A stretch of 38,926 nt of DNA, taken from contig NW_021835810.1 of assembly GCF_006345805.1 (NCBI RefSeq), positions 1-38,926 of the forward strand. The letters are read 5' to 3'. The DNA comes from Octopus sinensis (taxonomy: Eukaryota). Shown here piece after piece: positions 35,005 through 38,926 of the stretch. The notes below the pieces were generated by a model. That model did no database searches. It was not told where the DNA came from and saw nothing but the letters and a program-made list of their open reading frames with translations. The translations under genes and the position numbers were made by a program. The stretch's first letter is position 1, and every line of letters begins with the position of its first letter.

Positions 35005-35220
35005 TAGAGCCGGTTTTCCGGATTTTATGGTTCCTGTACTCTTCCTTGGACAGAATACCGGTCCGTCGCAGGAGTACTCATTTTTGCCAGCTTAGTGGAC
35101 TTGAGCAACATGAAATGAAGTGTTTTGCTCAAGAACACAAATGCGTCACTCAGTCCAGGAATCGAAACCACAATCTTACAATCATGAGTTCAACATACTA
35201 ACCACCGAACTACGCGTCCC
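35005..35220 (-). mobile_element. SINE related to family D
   Basis: Shares ctcatttttgccagc..agtggac..agcaac..gaaatgaagtgttttgctcaagaacac with 34410-34480, and has a B-box-like ggaatcgaaacc. Confidence 0.75.
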
Positions 35221-35799
35221 ACATTAGAAAAGTAGAAAATATAATTATTTAAAAAATGTAGTCTGAAATAGCTCTCTCTACTATAGCTGCAAAGTCTGAA
35301 ATTTTTGCGGGTAAGGTGACACTCGACTATATTGCCCCCCCCCCCCCAGTATTCAACTGTTACTGATTTAATCGACATCGGAAGCATACAAAGCGAAGTC
35401 AACCTCAGCGGTATTTGAAATCAAAACTTAAAACTGGAAGAAATGCAACTAAGCATTCTATTCGGCGCGATAAAGATTCTTCCAGATCGTAGCATTTATA
35501 CAGTCTGATATAATGATATCCGGACGTAGGATTGAAATTATGAAATTAATGAAGTTGGTACGGAAGTTGTGGTGAAAATGAAAGTTCTGGAAATTAACAG
35601 GAGTAGAAATGCTACATAGCTAAGTAAAAAATACCGGTTTATATATGTAAGTATATCTCTCTCCTCTCTCTTTCTCTCTCACTACACACACACACACACA
35701 CACCACACACACACATATATATATATATATATGTGTGTGCATATAACTCGGAGGATGTACAACTCTGCAGTCTCTCATTACTTCCTCTCCCTTCAGCAT

Positions 35800-35833
35800 T
35801 TTTCTGAAGAACATATTGTTCGAAACGTTGAAT
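35800..35833 (+). ncRNA. Decayed minimal hammerhead
   Basis: tttt CTGAAGA acatattgttc GAAA CG TT gaa. Core boxes and the ACGT palindrome are intact, but stem II (gaaca/tgttc) overlaps the core, as if about 3 nt were deleted. Confidence 0.4.
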
Positions 35834-36479
35834 TTTTCAACCAGCACGACATTTTTTACTGCAATCTTTTTTATCGATTATACTACATAATGTAATTCTT
35901 GCACACGCAGACCAGTATCAGCTTCTCCAGGGTCTGTTTACTGACACACACACACACATACACACACACACACACATACACACACACACATGTTAAAATA
36001 CGGCATATATATATATATTATTATTGTTATTATTTTTAAATCTCTCTAAAGGAGAATACGGCAGCAGTACCGGATATTAATAGTTATCGCCAAGCTAACA
36101 TGACAGCCCAGAAAAAATGGGACGAATGCTACCTTTGATTAGCTCCAAGAGGCCATCGCTCGCCTCTAGCTGGCTTTGTGACACACAAACCTGTGCCCGT
36201 TACATCCTTCGAACAGGAATAAGAGGAAAATAAAAACAAAATCGGAAGCTCTCTGCCACAGACAGGAAAAAGAAAGGCAATAATGATATTGTTGTACTTA
36301 CAGCACTTGTAGGTTACTCAATCCTTCGAAGTCAGTCCGACGTATAATGGTAATGTTGTTGCCCTTAAGATCCCTGATGGAAGAGAAACAAAAGAAAGGG
36401 GTGAGATGTGAGCTTTGGCTGACGGATTAGAAAATATAATAGTAACAATAAAAGCAGCAACAACAACAACAATAATGGT

Positions 36480-36680
36480 TTCACATTTTGGCACAAGGCC
36501 AGCAATCCCGGTGTAGGGGATAAATCGATTACATTGAACTCCTCCCATCATCACCCCCAGTGTTTAACTAGTACTTATTATACTGACCCCGAGCGGATGA
36601 GAATTAAAGTCGACTTGGGCGGAATTTGAACTCAGAACGTAAAGACGGACGAAATGCCGCTAAGCATTTTGCCCGGCGTA
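36480..36680 (-). mobile_element. SINE family A-related copy
   Basis: ttttggcacaaggcc...ggcggaatttgaactcagaacgtaaagacggacgaaatgccgctaagcattttgcccggcg. Confidence 0.8.
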
Positions 36681-36685
36681 CTGAC

Positions 36686-36731
<46 letters not shown>

Positions 36732-37189
36732 GTGGTGATGATGATGATGATGATGACGATGGTGACGATGATGATGATAATGATGATGATTTCTTTTTAT
36801 TATAGGGCTATATTTGAAACGAACATCACAAGGACTGACTATAGTTTCGTGGGGGGGGGTAGAGAGAGGGATGTTTACATAAAAGATGAAGAGAAAGACA
36901 TGTAAAAGACGGTGAGACGAGATAAATGTATGCACGATATAAAAAGTATGCGATAAACATGAATGATGCAGTCCTCTCGATACAGGAGAAACCCCATCAA
37001 GCGCCAATCAAGGAACCTCACAGATCCAGGATTATCTTGACCACCAAAGGCCCTCGCCCTCGCCCAACCGTTGTTTTCCAGTAGACAAGCGCATGCTTAG
37101 AGCAGATCTAGCCCGACAACAAAATGATATGCAGACAGAAGAGAAATGAGAGATGTGAGCTTAGGTTGACAGCCTCGATGGTAGTTTCT

Positions 37190-37505
37190 CTTTTACTTGT
37201 TTCAGTCATTTGCCTGCGGCCATGCTGGAGCACCGCCTTTAGTCGAGCAAACCAACCCCAGGACTTATTGTATTTTGATATTTATTTTTGAATAGAAGTG
37301 TTGATAAAAGTTTTTGATTGTAAAGTAATGGGTATAGAAATATTTATTTGTATGTACTGAAAAGGATGAAGATTGTATGGTTTAGCTATAGTACTTGGAA
37401 GCCTAGTACTTATTCCATCGGTCTCTTTTGCCGAATCGCTAAGTTACGGGGACGTAAACACACCAACATCGGTTGTCAAGCGATGGTGGGGCGACAAACA
37501 GAGAC

Positions 37506-37548
<43 letters not shown>

Positions 37549-37670
37549 CATATATACGACAGGCTTCTTTCAGTTTCCGTCTACCAAATCCACACACAAG
37601 GCTTTAATCGACCCGAGGCTACAGTAGAAGACACTTGCCCAAGGTGCCATGCAGTGGGACTGAACCCAGA
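37190..37670 (-). mobile_element. SINE family B with an internal AT-rich insertion
   Basis: The tail at 37190-37270 and the body at 37398-37670 are separated by ~125 bp of unrelated AT-rich sequence. Confidence 0.85.
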
Positions 37671-37959
37671 ACCACTCCATAATAATGGTTTCAAATTTTG
37701 TCTAGTCCGCTAACGATTCTACCAGATCGCCTTCTCAAGATAAATGACTTTTGATTTAAGTACAAGGTCATTAGTTTTGAGGGGAGGGGCCTGGACGATA
37801 CCATCGACCCTAGTAGTTGACTGGTATTTTATTTTGTCGGCTACCAAGTAGCATTAAAGGCAAATTTAACGTCGGCGGGATTTGAATTCGCAATATAAGG
37901 AGAGTTAACTCATTTTTACGGCCCAGGTGGTGCTGGTGGCGCTGTAAATGGTGATGGTC

Positions 37960-38140
37960 ATGGTGACGTTGCTGTTGGTGGTGGTGGTGGTGGTGATTGT
38001 GGCAATGTTATTTTACTGGAACTAGTTGCGGCATTAGTAGCAGCAACAGCAGCAGCAGTGGTAGTAGTAGTAGTAGTAGTAGTAGTTGCAGCTGCAGTAG
38101 TAGTAGTTGCAGCAGCAGCAGTAGCAGTAGTAGTAGTAGC

Positions 38141-38187
<47 letters not shown>

Positions 38188-38850
38188 AAGTGATGGTAGG
38201 GGTAGGTGTTATGAAGGATTGCTGTTGGGAAAAAATTGTTTTTGTTAATGTACAGGGTTGGTAGGAGGGCCAAATATTTTGCTGCAGAATACATTAGCAC
38301 ACACACACACACACACACACAACGCACGCACACACACACGTACAACACACCCGCACGCACACACATGCACACACATACACATGCACACACACACACATGC
38401 ACCCACACGTCCGCACACACATGCATACACACATTCATACTCACACATGCGTACACACATATATACACATACATACATACATAAATACATACATGCATGC
38501 ATGCATATACGTACATCACACATACATACCTACCTACTGTCCTACATACATACATTCATTCATACATACATGCATACATACATACATACATACATACATA
38601 CATACATGCATATACGTACATCACACATACATACCTACCTACTGTCCTACATACATACATTCATTCATACATACATACATACATACATACATACATACAT
38701 ACATACATGCATGCATATACGTACATCACACATACATACCTACCTACTGTCCTACATACATACATTCATACATACATACATACATACATACATACATACA
38801 TACATACATACATACATACATACATACATACATACATACATACCCTTATA
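37960..38850. repeat. (GGT/AGC/AGT)n, (CA)n and (CATA)n microsatellites including a 105-bp higher-order unit x3
   Basis: gtacatcacacatacatacctacctactgtcc recurs at 38511, 38616 and 38721. Confidence 0.9.
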
Positions 38851-38926
38851 TACATTTACACGTGCACAGTGCTTGAACATGCATCAGACAGACAGAAAGA
38901 CAGACACATAAATAACCAACAAAGAA

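Noticed and set aside
150-38911. The many 60-240-aa ORFs rich in YI/TH/CV/polyT/polyS/polyM
   Set aside because: They are translations of di-, tri- and tetranucleotide microsatellites, with no domain content.

Overview
Eukaryotic, repeat-saturated non-coding DNA. It is most likely from an octopus (coleoid cephalopod), inferred from the tRNA-derived SINE families and the extreme microsatellite load; this is recognition, not a database hit. No intact protein-coding gene can be supported, and nearly all ORFs in the track are microsatellite or compositional artefacts. Contents: many copies of at least four SINE families, a decayed DD37D (maT-type) Tc1/mariner transposase split by a nested MITE, a MITE with perfect 47-bp TIRs, a ~833-bp x3.4 tandem array, a perfect 175-bp inverted repeat, and a candidate NRF1/ETS-type promoter. 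The most interesting signal is a dense set of hammerhead-ribozyme (HHR) motifs of the Penelope-like element (PLE)/retrozyme type. Four can be parsed base by base into a complete type I fold (27725-27815 +, 29776-29866 -, 33679-33722 -, 33796-33830 -). About five more are decayed, and every unit of the 833-bp array carries HHR remnants. All folds were done by eye, and no cleavage activity or expression can be shown from sequence alone.
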